From the NCBI GenBank assembly GCA_023511695.1, contig JAIMAZ010000001.1, forward strand, positions 1-36,754: a stretch of 36,754 nucleotides of DNA, written 5' to 3'. The stretch comes from Ignavibacterium sp. (lineage in GTDB: Bacteria; Bacteroidota; Ignavibacteria; Ignavibacteriales; Ignavibacteriaceae). The stretch's first letter is position 1. Each line of letters opens with the position of its first letter. Positions 26,639 to 36,754 of this stretch are shown here, one piece after another. Below the pieces are notes generated by a model. That model made no database searches. It was not told where the DNA came from and worked only from the letters and a program-made list of their open reading frames with translations. Made by a program: the position numbers and the translations under genes.

Positions 26639-27946
26639 TTATTTCATCAATATCATCTTGTTCGATATTCTGACACCATTAACATTTAACTGATAGAGAT
26701 AAGTACCGGAAGCAAGATTCTGAGCGTTGAATTTAACTGTATGTTGTCCGGCTGTCATTTCTTTATCAATCAATGTAGCAACTTCATTTCCGAGCATATC
26801 ATAAATCTTCAATGTTGTATAACCGTTTTTCGGCAACTCGAAGTTTATTGAAGTTGTTGGGTTGAAAGGATTAGGATAGTTCTGTGAAAGTTTGTAACCA
26901 TCAATGACTGTCAAACCATTATCATCAACGGAAACATTTGGATTGCGGAATTTCTGTACTATTGGATAGTTGCTTGCACCAAAACAAGTTACATAAGCAT
27001 ATCTGTAATCAGGACTGAAAGCAATTCCTCTGGGTCTTTCATTTGGATTTTGAGGCACATTGAATTGCCATTTGATACTATCTACAATTTCTCCGGTTGT
27101 CATATTTCTACCATACCAGGTAGCAACATCCCAATATGTTGTTGCACCAGGATATCTGTTTGGCATATCGTTGTAAGAACCAGATGAAGCCCAAAGAATC
27201 TCACCATTTGGTGACCAGCAGAATGATTCAGAATCGAATCCTTTGAAAATTGTATCAACAACTGCAAAAGGATCAAATTCACTTGCCCGGTTATAAACAA
27301 CAACACAGTGATTTGTATAACCAGCCCAGTAAATTGTATTTCCGTCAGCTGAAACTTCAAATGCTCTTGAGAAACCAACAGTTGTATCAACTGAATTTCC
27401 TAAGAATGTGAAATCACTTGAAAATTCTTTTATTGGCATTGCACCAGGAATTACAGGGGCAGTAAAAACATTTCCTGTTTGAGTTGCAACTGCTGCAGCG
27501 GTTAAAGTGGCATTAACCACCGGAATGACCTTAGCAATACCTTCACCAGTTTGATAGTTGACTTTATACAGAGCGTCAAAGAATGATGCGAGAATGTGTC
27601 CATCGTGAGCTAATCTTAATCCTCTACCGGAGTTAAATAATGGATCTGTTACACCACCTACTGTAATTGATTTAATAGGAGAAAAAGAAGCTGGTGTACC
27701 ATCAGGATTATAGACATATAGAACTCTTACTGGTAAATATCTTCCACTATCTGGTATAAACAAGCTATCGGTTGCACCAAAATGTTGAATCCAAACTTTT
27801 CCATCCGGATCAACAGCAATTCCATGACCTCCGGAACCTCCCTTGCGATTAGTATCCGGGAAAGCCCCCTCATAGATCCAGCCCTGCGAAAATGCAGTGC
27901 CTGCAAGTAAAATAAGTAATGAAAGTGTTGTGAGAAGTTTTTTCAT
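26639..27946 (-). CDS. T9SS type A sorting-domain beta-propeller protein (module 2)
   Basis: Signal peptide; HGIAVDPDGKVWI and PRGIAFSPD repeats; LSQNYPNPFNPTT...NKMILMK; AAGGAG RBS. Confidence 0.85.
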   Translation of the reverse strand: MKKLLTTLSLLILLAGTAFSQGWIYEGAFPDTNRKGGSGGHGIAVDPDGKVWIQHFGATDSLFIPDSGRYLPVRVLYVYNPDGTPASFSPIKSITVGGVTDPLFNSGRGLRLAHDGHILASFFDALYKVNYQTGEGIAKVIPVVNATLTAAAVATQTGNVFTAPVIPGAMPIKEFSSDFTFLGNSVDTTVGFSRAFEVSADGNTIYWAGYTNHCVVVYNRASEFDPFAVVDTIFKGFDSESFCWSPNGEILWASSGSYNDMPNRYPGATTYWDVATWYGRNMTTGEIVDSIKWQFNVPQNPNERPRGIAFSPDYRYAYVTCFGASNYPIVQKFRNPNVSVDDNGLTVIDGYKLSQNYPNPFNPTTSINFELPKNGYTTLKIYDMLGNEVATLIDKEMTAGQHTVKFNAQNLASGTYLYQLNVNGVRISNKMILMK

Positions 27947-27999
27947 AAAGTACTCCTTTGTTTATTGTTAGTAATTATGTCTGTGAAAAGACAATTTCT

Positions 28000-29226
28000 T
28001 TATTGAATATAGTAAACTGCTCCTGGTTTCTGAATATCAATTTTTAGTATTGTTTGATTTCTGATTATACTGCCCGAAGTAACATCTCGTTCGACTTCTC
28101 TCGTCACATATAAAAAGTTACCACTTGGCCAATACATTGAGACAATATTTTTTGCAGGAATAACTCCGGCATAAAGTGTTTGCGCACTTCTATCAGGTTT
28201 AATGATTATGATCGGATCGGTTGAGCGATCGGTCCCAAGGAATAAATCCCCATCAGCTGAAAATGTCATTGTATTAATTTTAACACCTGTAAAGTTGGCA
28301 GTCAGATTAAAATATAATTCCTCTGCTCCCAGATTACCATTTGCATCAATTGGAATTTTCCATACACCTTCAACACCACTTTTCAACCCAGCCACATAAA
28401 GATTACCATTGAACACCCTTGCAGCTCTGAGTTGTGCCTGAAATGGAAATTGAGCAACTGTCAGATCCTGTTTAATTCTGAAAATAGAATTATTACTACC
28501 AACTGCCCACAAATTAATATTTTCATCAAAATCAAAATCGACTAAAACCGTTCCACTTGGAGTTACAACCCAAGGGGCATTTGGTGGTGTTACACCTTGA
28601 ACTAATTTCCAGATACCCCTCAAACTTTTGGAAGCATAGATTTCACCATTTGAAAATTGTCGGAGTGTATTCCATTTTGTTTCAGCACCTTTGGGTATAT
28701 AAGATTTATTTGGATTGACTTCGCCTGCAAATTTCCATACACCTTTACCTTCAACCGAAACAATCATATTCTGGAAATTATCGAAAGCCACTGCCCAAGG
28801 AACTTCACCATTGTTTGGATCAAATTTATAAACTTCAACCACGGCAGCAGTAAGTTTATAAATTAAAGTGTTGCTAAGATTCAATGCTCCTGCAACTTTA
28901 ACTTTAACCAGCACTGTATCAGCAACAACAACAGGCGGTTTAACCTGTATTTGAGTGGTAGTAACATTTAATACTTGTCCTTTAACACCATTGAAGTAAA
29001 CATTAGTTTCACCAGGAACATCAGAGAAATTTTGGCCGGTGATTGTAAGAATCGTAACACCAGCTAATGCTGAGCCGGGAGGATCAATATTATTTATAAC
29101 CGGATCTTCCCGGAACTGATATTTACCCGGGTCATAAAGACTTGGAGCAGTTTCTTCAGAGCAGCTATATAAAATGCTCAATCCGAGTGCGGCAACTAAG
29201 ATTAAAAGTTTGTATAGATTTTTCAT
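28000..29226 (-). CDS. Lipoprotein with IPT/TIG domain and beta-propeller
   Basis: Lipobox LYSC; PVINNIDP...LTITGQNFS...NVYFNG...IQVKPP (IPT/TIG); propeller-like repeats. Confidence 0.8.
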   Translation of the reverse strand: MKNLYKLLILVAALGLSILYSCSEETAPSLYDPGKYQFREDPVINNIDPPGSALAGVTILTITGQNFSDVPGETNVYFNGVKGQVLNVTTTQIQVKPPVVVADTVLVKVKVAGALNLSNTLIYKLTAAVVEVYKFDPNNGEVPWAVAFDNFQNMIVSVEGKGVWKFAGEVNPNKSYIPKGAETKWNTLRQFSNGEIYASKSLRGIWKLVQGVTPPNAPWVVTPSGTVLVDFDFDENINLWAVGSNNSIFRIKQDLTVAQFPFQAQLRAARVFNGNLYVAGLKSGVEGVWKIPIDANGNLGAEELYFNLTANFTGVKINTMTFSADGDLFLGTDRSTDPIIIIKPDRSAQTLYAGVIPAKNIVSMYWPSGNFLYVTREVERDVTSGSIIRNQTILKIDIQKPGAVYYIQ

Positions 29227-29247
29227 AATTCTATTCTCTCAAAATTT

Positions 29248-30258
29248 TTAATAACCAATATTAATAGAAACTCTGTGAACATTATCGAAAATACCAAATG
29301 GAGTATATGAATAATCAATTGAAAAATTCACATCAGAAAGTTCCTGTTTAAATCCAACACCAGCACTGAACTCCTGTTCGTCTGTGGGGAATGTATATCC
29401 ACCACGAATAGAGAATGTGTTGAGGAATGTATATTCCATTCCGATTGAAACCTGTTCAGGATAATCTCTTGGATGCGCAGCATCAACAGCAAGTAACAGT
29501 GAATGCATTCCTCTATCAATTTCAGTTAAGTCCATCAGATTCATTGATAAACCAATTTTGAAAGTAAGAGGCAGTTGGAATGATTCATCAATATATTTTA
29601 TTTCTTTAGAGAAATTTCTTATGCTCATACCAAAATCAAGACTTTTGAATCCAGTATGATATAACATACCGAAATCGAAGGAAAGCACTTCAGCTTTATG
29701 TTCTTTTGTAACAGCTGTTCCGTTCGCATCAAGAGTTACGACTGCAGTTCCCATTGATTGTCTGACAAATCTGACATTTCCACCAACAGAAAATTTTTGT
29801 GAAAGAGCTTTTGCGTACCCAACACCTAAAGCAATAGCAGTTGGTTTATATGTTCCGACATCAATGTAGCCGTCATCATTGTTTGCTACTATGGTTCCGT
29901 TAAATTCGCCGTAGTCAACCGCAACAAGTGATAATCCAAGTACACCATATTGACCATCAAACAAATTTAATGCAGCTGTTCCGTGAATATAATTTATATC
30001 TGCAATCCATCTCGTTGTACCGAAAGAATAATCAACGAGTCTCTCCATTTCAGCCATCGCAGAAGGATTGTAAAGCATAGAAGCTGAATTATTCTGAACA
30101 GTGGTCATCGCATCACTTAATGCTGCTGCACGTGGATCGAGTGACACACTTAAAAATTTCATTCCTGTTTGAGCCAGCTTTTTTCTTTCCTGCGCATTCA
30201 ATTGATTATGCGAGAAAATCAACAAGCTTATAACAATTAGTAAAAATATTTTTTTCAT
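29248..30258 (-). CDS. PorV/PorQ-family outer-membrane beta-barrel protein (module 2)
   Basis: KLAQTGMKFLSVSLDPRAAALSDA...YNPS, IRGGY, DYSY, terminal Tyr; paralog of 236..1186. Confidence 0.85.
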   Translation of the reverse strand: MKKIFLLIVISLLIFSHNQLNAQERKKLAQTGMKFLSVSLDPRAAALSDAMTTVQNNSASMLYNPSAMAEMERLVDYSFGTTRWIADINYIHGTAALNLFDGQYGVLGLSLVAVDYGEFNGTIVANNDDGYIDVGTYKPTAIALGVGYAKALSQKFSVGGNVRFVRQSMGTAVVTLDANGTAVTKEHKAEVLSFDFGMLYHTGFKSLDFGMSIRNFSKEIKYIDESFQLPLTFKIGLSMNLMDLTEIDRGMHSLLLAVDAAHPRDYPEQVSIGMEYTFLNTFSIRGGYTFPTDEQEFSAGVGFKQELSDVNFSIDYSYTPFGIFDNVHRVSINIGY

Positions 30259-30302
30259 TTAATTACCTATAATTTTTTTCAGATTTAAGAGTAATGAATT
30301 TT

Positions 30303-31217
30303 CTACTCAAGTAAATCCACTTTAATAACCGCATAACCATGCGGTAATGTATTGTTCAAATAATTTAACTCATAAGATTTATTCTGTTCTGGATTAGCAG
30401 GAATATCAGCGCTATAGAGAATAATGTTAGGACTTGTACCAGAATTATCACCGCTATTTCTTTCAAGACTGATATAAACTTTTCCACCCCTTAAATCCAG
30501 TGGAAAAGTTAATCCTGCTGGTGGATTGTTTATAAAATCTTCTCCTGGAAACGGATAACCGAGTAAAGAACCACTATAGCCGTTAAATAAATCAGCTGCC
30601 TGAGGATTTGAAAATCTTCCTGTTGAAATTCTTTGACCACCAACTTCAACCCAACCTTCATAAATCCATCCTCCGTATAGCAATGGTAAGTCTAATCCTG
30701 CGGCAGGTGTACCGGCACTCAGCGAATCAACAAACCACAACCCATTGAAAAATTTAATTGCATCAGCAGTGTCAGTTGGAGTATCTAAGGTGTATTTAGC
30801 TCTTGCAGAAGCAAATTTATCAGCATTCTCACTTACTAGAAGATTAGCAGCCCCTTTAGCGAATCTCCCTTGTAAAATTATTCTTGAACTTGGTCTGAAA
30901 TTAGGAGAACCAACATCAGCTTTGCTTTCAATAGTAATATAAAATATCTGAGCACTGTCTAAAAACTTTAATGAAGTCTGCGGATTATTGTAATAAATTT
31001 TTCCGTTTGCATCAGCATCCTGATCAAATAAATAAGTTGCAGGAATATCGTCACCATCAAACCAACCAACATAAGTAAGTGAGCTTGGCAAAAGTGGTAA
31101 ACCATTCAAACTCACTTCGAATGAAGAGATGTTTTGGGTATCGCTGTTCTCGAAATATTCGCATCCTGCAAATGAAAGAAATGCTGCTGCAATTAGTAAT
31201 ATGTATAATCTTTTCAT
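30303..31217 (-). CDS. Lipoprotein of unknown function with two internally similar beta-rich domains
   Basis: Start moved to ATG 31217 (MKRLYILL..., lipobox FAGC); repeated LP.L....Y.GW and Y(I)(T/S)(I/L)E motifs; FPGEDF. Confidence 0.7.
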   Translation of the reverse strand: MKRLYILLIAAAFLSFAGCEYFENSDTQNISSFEVSLNGLPLLPSSLTYVGWFDGDDIPATYLFDQDADANGKIYYNNPQTSLKFLDSAQIFYITIESKADVGSPNFRPSSRIILQGRFAKGAANLLVSENADKFASARAKYTLDTPTDTADAIKFFNGLWFVDSLSAGTPAAGLDLPLLYGGWIYEGWVEVGGQRISTGRFSNPQAADLFNGYSGSLLGYPFPGEDFINNPPAGLTFPLDLRGGKVYISLERNSGDNSGTSPNIILYSADIPANPEQNKSYELNYLNNTLPHGYAVIKVDLLE

Positions 31218-31249
31218 TTGAAATGCCTTTATTATATTCATAAAAGTTA

Positions 31250-33325
31250 TTAACGGATAATTGCAAATTTTTCTATTTTGCTTTCACCTGTATCGTTGTC
31301 GGTGAAAACTGCAATGTAAATACCGCTCGAAACAATCTGGTTCGAAGATGTTACATTATACCAGTAATTATCTCCACTGCCTTTGTGCTCAATTGTTTTA
31401 ATCAATTCGCCAAGTTCAGTATAAATTTTAATTGTACAATTTGTTGGCAAATTGAAAAATGAAATCTTATCATCATCATATCTTCCTGAATATCTGAAAT
31501 CAGAATCAATAACGTAAGGGTTAGGAACGATTCTAATATTCGACAATCCTTTGTCTGGTGGTCTTTTCAATGTTACTGGTTCATAAGTTTGAGTATAATA
31601 TCTGCTGCTTTCAAGTTTACCCGGAGGTGTTCCTGGTCCGCCAGGTTGATCTGCACCAACAGCAGTGATGTAATAGAAATAGCTAAAACCACGAATAGCA
31701 GTAACATCATCAAAACTCCGTGCACCTGCAGGAAGGTCTGCAATTAAAGTGTAATCTCTGAAATAATCACCAAGAGCGCGATAAATTCTGAATCCCGTTG
31801 GAGGATTCGGATCTGCTGGATCAACAGACCAAGTTAAAGAAATTCTGTCACCAAGTCCCTGAACTTCAAAAGTTTTTGGTGGTCTTGGTGGTTGAGGAAT
31901 ATTCCAACCAGAATTGAAATTATCAGTAGCTCTTTGAAAAGTCTGGAAAAGTTTCACTCTTCCGCTATCGATTACAATTCTATTCTTGTCAATAGCAGAG
32001 ATACCACCCGTTTTGAATAATCTACCTACTCTGATTTGCTCAGCTCTGGAAAGTCCATCAGCACCTTCTACCAATACAATTCGAACACTTTCACCAGGAC
32101 CGAGAGTGTAAGGTCCATAACCATTATTGAATGAAAATCCGCCTGTGTTACCTAAATTTGGATTTGTTCTCTGAAGAGCAAAATCACCGCTTGGCTCAAC
32201 TAAATCTGCGTGGCGCGGACTCATATGACCAGTGTTAGCCATAAATTCATACTGAACAGTCATTCTTCCAATATTCAATGCATTATCTCTGCCGCCGAGG
32301 AATTTATCATCATCTGAATCAAGATAAGAAGTATGTGATGGCTGAGCAGGATCATCAGATTTATCAGTTGCAGATTTATCAGCGTGTAAAGTTACAACAC
32401 CAATAAATTGTGTAGCCCCAAGCCTTCCGATTGTATCATCAGAAGCATTAAATCTTAGTGCGTTACTGTTTAATGCCCAAATTGGTCCGCCAATATTATC
32501 ATAAGAAACATCTTTTTCTCCTGTAAACCCATGCCATGAAAATTGACAACGAAATTGTTCACCTGCCGGATCAGGTTTAACTCCATCGCCTCTTGCATCG
32601 TTCATTGTATTTTTTCCCCAGCCGGTTGAGTTGCCAATTACATATCTTGTTGATGCATTAACAGCATTTCTGTATGTCCAGAAAACATACATATCTTTAA
32701 CTGTACTGTTTGGCAATTCAATTTCCGGATCAGCGTCAGTATTACCGGTATTTGTAAAAGTGTATTCGTACACTATATAGTTGTCATGATATTGTTGTGA
32801 GAACTGATAGATTTTTCTTTCCATTGTAACACCAAGCTGAGTGTTAACAACATTTATAATCATTCTATCAGCTTTTAATGTATCCTCAACACGATCAATC
32901 GTTACCGATTTTTCGTAAGTGAGATTTCCATCAACTGTAACAATTGGTGCATCGAACTTACTGACAAGTTCCATCTTTACAGGATAAGCAGCATAGAACA
33001 TTGGATTACGAGGACCAATAGTAACCACTTTGTATGGGAATTGATTTCCATTTTCATCAGTAAAGTCTTTAGCTCCAATCCAGAATCCTCTTGCAGCTTG
33101 CATATCCTGCGATTTATAAATTGCGGGCCACTGCATTCCGTATTGTTGCTGTCTTACAAATGCTTCTTCAAGCTCGGAACCGATTTCTGAATACCAGCTG
33201 TGTAAACTTCCGGCAGACATCCAGACATTTGTAAATTGTGCTTTAACTTCAGTTGAAGAAAGCAAAACAAACAGTACGGAAATCAGAGCGAGTGTTAGCT
33301 GTGTTGTTTGTTTTATTCTTTTCAT
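31250..33325 (-). CDS. Secreted protein with Fn3 domain and atypical T9SS-type CTD (module 2 cargo)
   Basis: Signal peptide; ISLTW...GFRIYRA...YYYITAV; IVPNPY...ISFFNLP..CTIKIYT...SSGIYI...EKFAIIR; paralog of 1193..3181. Confidence 0.82.
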   Translation of the reverse strand: MKRIKQTTQLTLALISVLFVLLSSTEVKAQFTNVWMSAGSLHSWYSEIGSELEEAFVRQQQYGMQWPAIYKSQDMQAARGFWIGAKDFTDENGNQFPYKVVTIGPRNPMFYAAYPVKMELVSKFDAPIVTVDGNLTYEKSVTIDRVEDTLKADRMIINVVNTQLGVTMERKIYQFSQQYHDNYIVYEYTFTNTGNTDADPEIELPNSTVKDMYVFWTYRNAVNASTRYVIGNSTGWGKNTMNDARGDGVKPDPAGEQFRCQFSWHGFTGEKDVSYDNIGGPIWALNSNALRFNASDDTIGRLGATQFIGVVTLHADKSATDKSDDPAQPSHTSYLDSDDDKFLGGRDNALNIGRMTVQYEFMANTGHMSPRHADLVEPSGDFALQRTNPNLGNTGGFSFNNGYGPYTLGPGESVRIVLVEGADGLSRAEQIRVGRLFKTGGISAIDKNRIVIDSGRVKLFQTFQRATDNFNSGWNIPQPPRPPKTFEVQGLGDRISLTWSVDPADPNPPTGFRIYRALGDYFRDYTLIADLPAGARSFDDVTAIRGFSYFYYITAVGADQPGGPGTPPGKLESSRYYTQTYEPVTLKRPPDKGLSNIRIVPNPYVIDSDFRYSGRYDDDKISFFNLPTNCTIKIYTELGELIKTIEHKGSGDNYWYNVTSSNQIVSSGIYIAVFTDNDTGESKIEKFAIIR

Positions 33326-33351
33326 TAGTTCCTCTTTAAATTCTTTAACTA

Positions 33352-36300
33352 TTATAAATCGAAATTGAACTTAATTCCGAAGAATATATTTCTTGGATTA
33401 AGAAAAGTTGTATAATGTAAATTAGGCATATCAATGTATGCTTTATTATCAAGAACATCTTTTACTTTTGAATCGGGTATCTTATTCCATTTGTTTCCAT
33501 CCCATTGATAATAATTGCTTGTCTGTGCATCAAAATACCATGCTCTTGTATTAGGGTTCGATAATGTGAACACATTATTTGCATATTCTAATGGCTGCCA
33601 TTCAACACCAGGTTTTCTGAAATCACCTGGATTATCATCACCTGGAATATTTCCATAATTAAAGTCTTTAACTTTATCAGCCGGAAGATGTAATGATTTC
33701 ATATAATCATAATAGTCCTGTGCATCAACAAAACCAGCTTGATAACCCATATATCGAATGTTGAGAGCATTATACATATCCATAAAGAATTCAACCTCAA
33801 GTCTTCCTATATTGATAGTTTTGGATAATCTTAGATCAAGATTATAAAAGTCATTCCATTGGAAATTATTTTCATATCCTGCCTGGGCAGCACCAGGACC
33901 AGTCCAGCTGAAATAAGTTCCGGAGCTGTAGGTACCTAAAAGATTGAGTCTCCATTTCTCGAAAATCTTAAAACCACCGAGAGCTGGTCCCCAATCATCA
34001 GGTGTGAAGATATCAATATTAGCTCTTGCATAAGGTTGCGGAACAGGTTTATTCTGATAAAGAAGTTTTGTATCAGTTTGTCTCTGTCTGAATAAAGCTG
34101 GGTCTTCGTAGTAAATATCAAGTCCGAAGAAACCACTTGATGTAACCATATAAGTATAATTAAAGAATCCTGTAATCCATTCGCCTCTGTTTTTACGAAG
34201 TTCGATTTCGAATCCTCTTATATCAGCATAATTGTTGGGCTCAGGTCTGGAATAATTCACTGCACCGTTTCTGCTGATGTAAGTAACTAACCTTGGTTGA
34301 TCACTGATGTCTTTATAATAACCCTTAATGCTTAACAAGAATTGGTCGAACATATTTTGTTCGTAACCAAGTTCGTAAGCAATTGTTCTTGGTAATGGAT
34401 TAGATGGATTTGCTATTCTTGTTACTTCAAATGTTGAAAGGGACCTTCTGAGTAAGAACAAGTTTTCAGGAACAGGCATTGATCTGAAATGACCATAATT
34501 AAAATAAAGTTTACTGTTAACAGTAATCGGGAATGCAACACCAAGTCGTGGAGAGATATTAAGTTGTTTTTCAACACTAACTTTTTTCAACAAAGTATCT
34601 AATCCACCGGCAAATTTTCCGGATAATGCTTTGTTATAAGGATCATATTCATACCAATCTCCTCCCGGGTCTAAGTAATCTAATCTGATTCCCAGATTTG
34701 CAATCATTCCTTCGAACTCAAGTTTATCCTGGACATAAACACCTAACCTCTTTGGAAATGTATGCCATGCAGAAATTGAGTTGCTTGAAGGAAGAGCTGG
34801 TTCGATTAAACCGTAATTAACATTGTTATCTGTGTATATAAATTCAAATCCTGTCTTTATATAATTATATTTATCAATCTGACTAGCAAAATCAGTTTTA
34901 AGAGTGTAAGTAGCAAGTTTACTTGAATCTCTTGAGTTACTGAAACCAAGTCCCATATTCATAGCTGACCCTATGCCGGAACTTACACCACTGAAATAAC
35001 CAATCGGTGATTCATCAAATAGAACTCCACCAATGTTATATAGTTTTCTTGTGTCGCGTTTTCTTCCCGGATTAGTATCATATTTTGATGCGACGCGGCT
35101 TCCAAGAACTTCATAAAATGTTTGAGGACTCAAAACATGTGTGAATTTAAATCCTTGCATATTAGTAATTATCTTACTTGGAGCCCAATAATCTGAAGCG
35201 TAAACTCTTGCGTCAGTAAAGCTTGCACCACTTCTCCAGTCAATATTAGAAGCAATGCCTGAAGCAGAGCGGAAAAGACCTGGACCGCCGGCACGACTAC
35301 TGTTTGTTCCGGTTTGTTCACCATATAATCCTTCAATAGAAAGTTTCATTCCTGTAGCGATGTCAGAAGTTAATCTTATCTGTGCATTAAAATCCTGATA
35401 TGAATCTTTTGAAAGAGGGATGTAATACATTTCTCTTGTCTGTCTGTATGAAGCAAGAAATCTAAGGTTACCTAATTTTTGTCCACCCGGAATAGGACCA
35501 CTAACACTCATATCAACATCATAATCAGGTCTTTTAATATCTAATTCTCTTCTGTGCTGCCACAGAAAAACTTGTTGAGCAGCTTCAGGAGTTAAATCAT
35601 TTGTTGGATCTGAATCACTAAGCAATGCTTCAGAAACTGCATTCCAGCCACCTGGGAATTTTGCATAATTTCTTTGAGTGTAAATATCCCATTTGCCATT
35701 GTTAGTTCCGGTCCAGGCAACATCATTATCAATATATGGTTTAATCCAATAAGAGTTAGGATCATTTACTGCAGCACCAAAATGCTTTCTTCCGGCGGGT
35801 CTGTATCTTCCGATAAAAGAAACATTGTATTTATCTTTTTTTCCTTCTTTAGTAACGATGTTTATAAGACCAGAACGGATGTTTCCATATTCAGCATTAA
35901 ATCCACCGGTTTGAATTTGTAATTCTTCAATAGAAGTATAACTAATTCCGGTGTAAGGTGTATTATCTCTTTCATCACGAAGAGTAATACCATTAACAAC
36001 GAAAGCTGTTTGATCACTTCCACCACCGCGAATTGTTAAGCCCTGAACACCTGCCTGTAATCCGATAATTCCGGTAACACTCACAACAGGCAAACTTTTT
36101 ACTTCTTCGATATTCAGGTTAACAACGCTTGATGAAACATCCTGCCGGACAATTGGTTGAGTTGCAACTACAACAACTTCTTCTGTCTGAATGGTTGCAG
36201 TTTTTAGATTGATGTTTAATTCAGTTGTAAGGTTGATATTTACTCGCACATCACGAATTGTTTGCGGAGCATATCCAACCATTGATGCGCGTAAAGTATA

Positions 36301-36510
36301 TGAACCGGGAGGAACATTGGTTATAACATAATAACCATCAATGTTCGTTGCGGCACCCATTGTTGTACCTTCAAGAATAATATTCGCACCAATCAGTTCC
36401 TCGCCTGTATCGGCATCACGGACATAGCCGTTAATTTTTCCTGTCTGTGCAATGGATTCAATAGTGAAGGCAGTTATAAAGAGGGTGAAGAACAGTAGAA
36501 GTTTTCTCAT
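33352..36510 (-). CDS. TonB-dependent receptor with N-terminal carboxypeptidase-regulatory-like domain (module 2)
   Basis: GKINGYVRDADTGEELIGANI, IRGG, GGFNAEYGNIRSG, SPRLGVAFPI, terminal strand IFFGIKFNFDL; AAGGAG RBS. Confidence 0.92.
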   Translation of the reverse strand: MRKLLLFFTLFITAFTIESIAQTGKINGYVRDADTGEELIGANIILEGTTMGAATNIDGYYVITNVPPGSYTLRASMVGYAPQTIRDVRVNINLTTELNINLKTATIQTEEVVVVATQPIVRQDVSSSVVNLNIEEVKSLPVVSVTGIIGLQAGVQGLTIRGGGSDQTAFVVNGITLRDERDNTPYTGISYTSIEELQIQTGGFNAEYGNIRSGLINIVTKEGKKDKYNVSFIGRYRPAGRKHFGAAVNDPNSYWIKPYIDNDVAWTGTNNGKWDIYTQRNYAKFPGGWNAVSEALLSDSDPTNDLTPEAAQQVFLWQHRRELDIKRPDYDVDMSVSGPIPGGQKLGNLRFLASYRQTREMYYIPLSKDSYQDFNAQIRLTSDIATGMKLSIEGLYGEQTGTNSSRAGGPGLFRSASGIASNIDWRSGASFTDARVYASDYWAPSKIITNMQGFKFTHVLSPQTFYEVLGSRVASKYDTNPGRKRDTRKLYNIGGVLFDESPIGYFSGVSSGIGSAMNMGLGFSNSRDSSKLATYTLKTDFASQIDKYNYIKTGFEFIYTDNNVNYGLIEPALPSSNSISAWHTFPKRLGVYVQDKLEFEGMIANLGIRLDYLDPGGDWYEYDPYNKALSGKFAGGLDTLLKKVSVEKQLNISPRLGVAFPITVNSKLYFNYGHFRSMPVPENLFLLRRSLSTFEVTRIANPSNPLPRTIAYELGYEQNMFDQFLLSIKGYYKDISDQPRLVTYISRNGAVNYSRPEPNNYADIRGFEIELRKNRGEWITGFFNYTYMVTSSGFFGLDIYYEDPALFRQRQTDTKLLYQNKPVPQPYARANIDIFTPDDWGPALGGFKIFEKWRLNLLGTYSSGTYFSWTGPGAAQAGYENNFQWNDFYNLDLRLSKTINIGRLEVEFFMDMYNALNIRYMGYQAGFVDAQDYYDYMKSLHLPADKVKDFNYGNIPGDDNPGDFRKPGVEWQPLEYANNVFTLSNPNTRAWYFDAQTSNYYQWDGNKWNKIPDSKVKDVLDNKAYIDMPNLHYTTFLNPRNIFFGIKFNFDL

Positions 36511-36538
36511 ATCTCTGACTCCTTTGATGGAAAATAAT

Positions 36539-36561
36539 GAATACTCTTATCAAGAGTAATC
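36539..36561. promoter_or_regulatory. Candidate operator palindrome upstream of TBDR2
   Basis: GAATACTCTT-ATC-AAGAGTAATC, with a perfect 7-bp core TACTCTT/AAGAGTA. Confidence 0.3.
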
Positions 36562-36616
36562 ATACTTGTTCTATCGTTGAATTAAGTTTTGTCAATTTGT
36601 TTATTTGACTATTGAA

Positions 36617-36645
36617 AATCTAATTATTTCGCTTGCTAAAGTCAA
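36617..36645 (-). promoter_or_regulatory. Candidate sigma70-type promoter for the module 2 operon
   Basis: Minus strand TTGACT (36645-36640), 17-nt spacer, TAGATT (36622-36617). A second TTGACA lies at 36595-36590. Confidence 0.45.
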
Positions 36646-36754
36646 TAAATACTATGTTCAAATTTGTGCAGACAATAATTCTTCTTTATTAAATCTTCAT
36701 CTCAAGCGAATTTTTCTTTTTCCGCGCTAAAAATTCTATTGTGCGTAATTTATC

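Noticed and set aside
1805..35922. About 25 short ORFs (60-166 aa) from the six-frame track, e.g. 2034..2354, 9793..10293, 11011..11313, 27100..27390
   Set aside because: All lie antisense or out of frame within well-supported genes and show no recognisable motifs; treated as shadow ORFs.
236..36510. Calling the TBDRs susC and the barrels porV
   Set aside because: No SusC-specific signature or SusD partner was seen; the barrels are family paralogs whose orthology to core PorV cannot be shown by eye.

Overview
AT-rich bacterial window, most likely Ignavibacteriota or a related FCB lineage (inferred from NYPNPFNP-type T9SS sorting domains, PorV-family barrels, Shine-Dalgarno motifs and dense palindromic repeats). 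It is one large glycan-utilisation locus. Two paralogous minus-strand outer-membrane modules (TonB-dependent receptor, Fn3/atypical-CTD protein, PorV-family barrel and a T9SS beta-propeller protein, with no SusD) flank a plus-strand catabolic gene run. That run encodes a transporter, an orphan hydantoinase/oxoprolinase-A (ASKHA) protein, two FAD-oxidoreductase paralogs (one degenerate), NanE, a phosphohexomutase, a large HAD protein, GH38, GH94, a NAGPA-family phosphodiester glycosidase and an M19 dipeptidase. Main candidates for novelty: (1) the GH38 has Phe in place of its catalytic nucleophile Asp and sits near nanE, suggesting a substrate-assisted alpha-N-acetylmannosaminidase and a ManNAc-glycan pathway; (2) a duplicated SusD-less TBDR/CTD-cargo/PorV module; (3) a palindromic repeat inserted in frame into a T9SS signal domain. 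A truncated pgpA marks the left edge. No rRNA, tRNA, CRISPR array or transposase was seen. All family calls come from motif reading by eye, not database searches.
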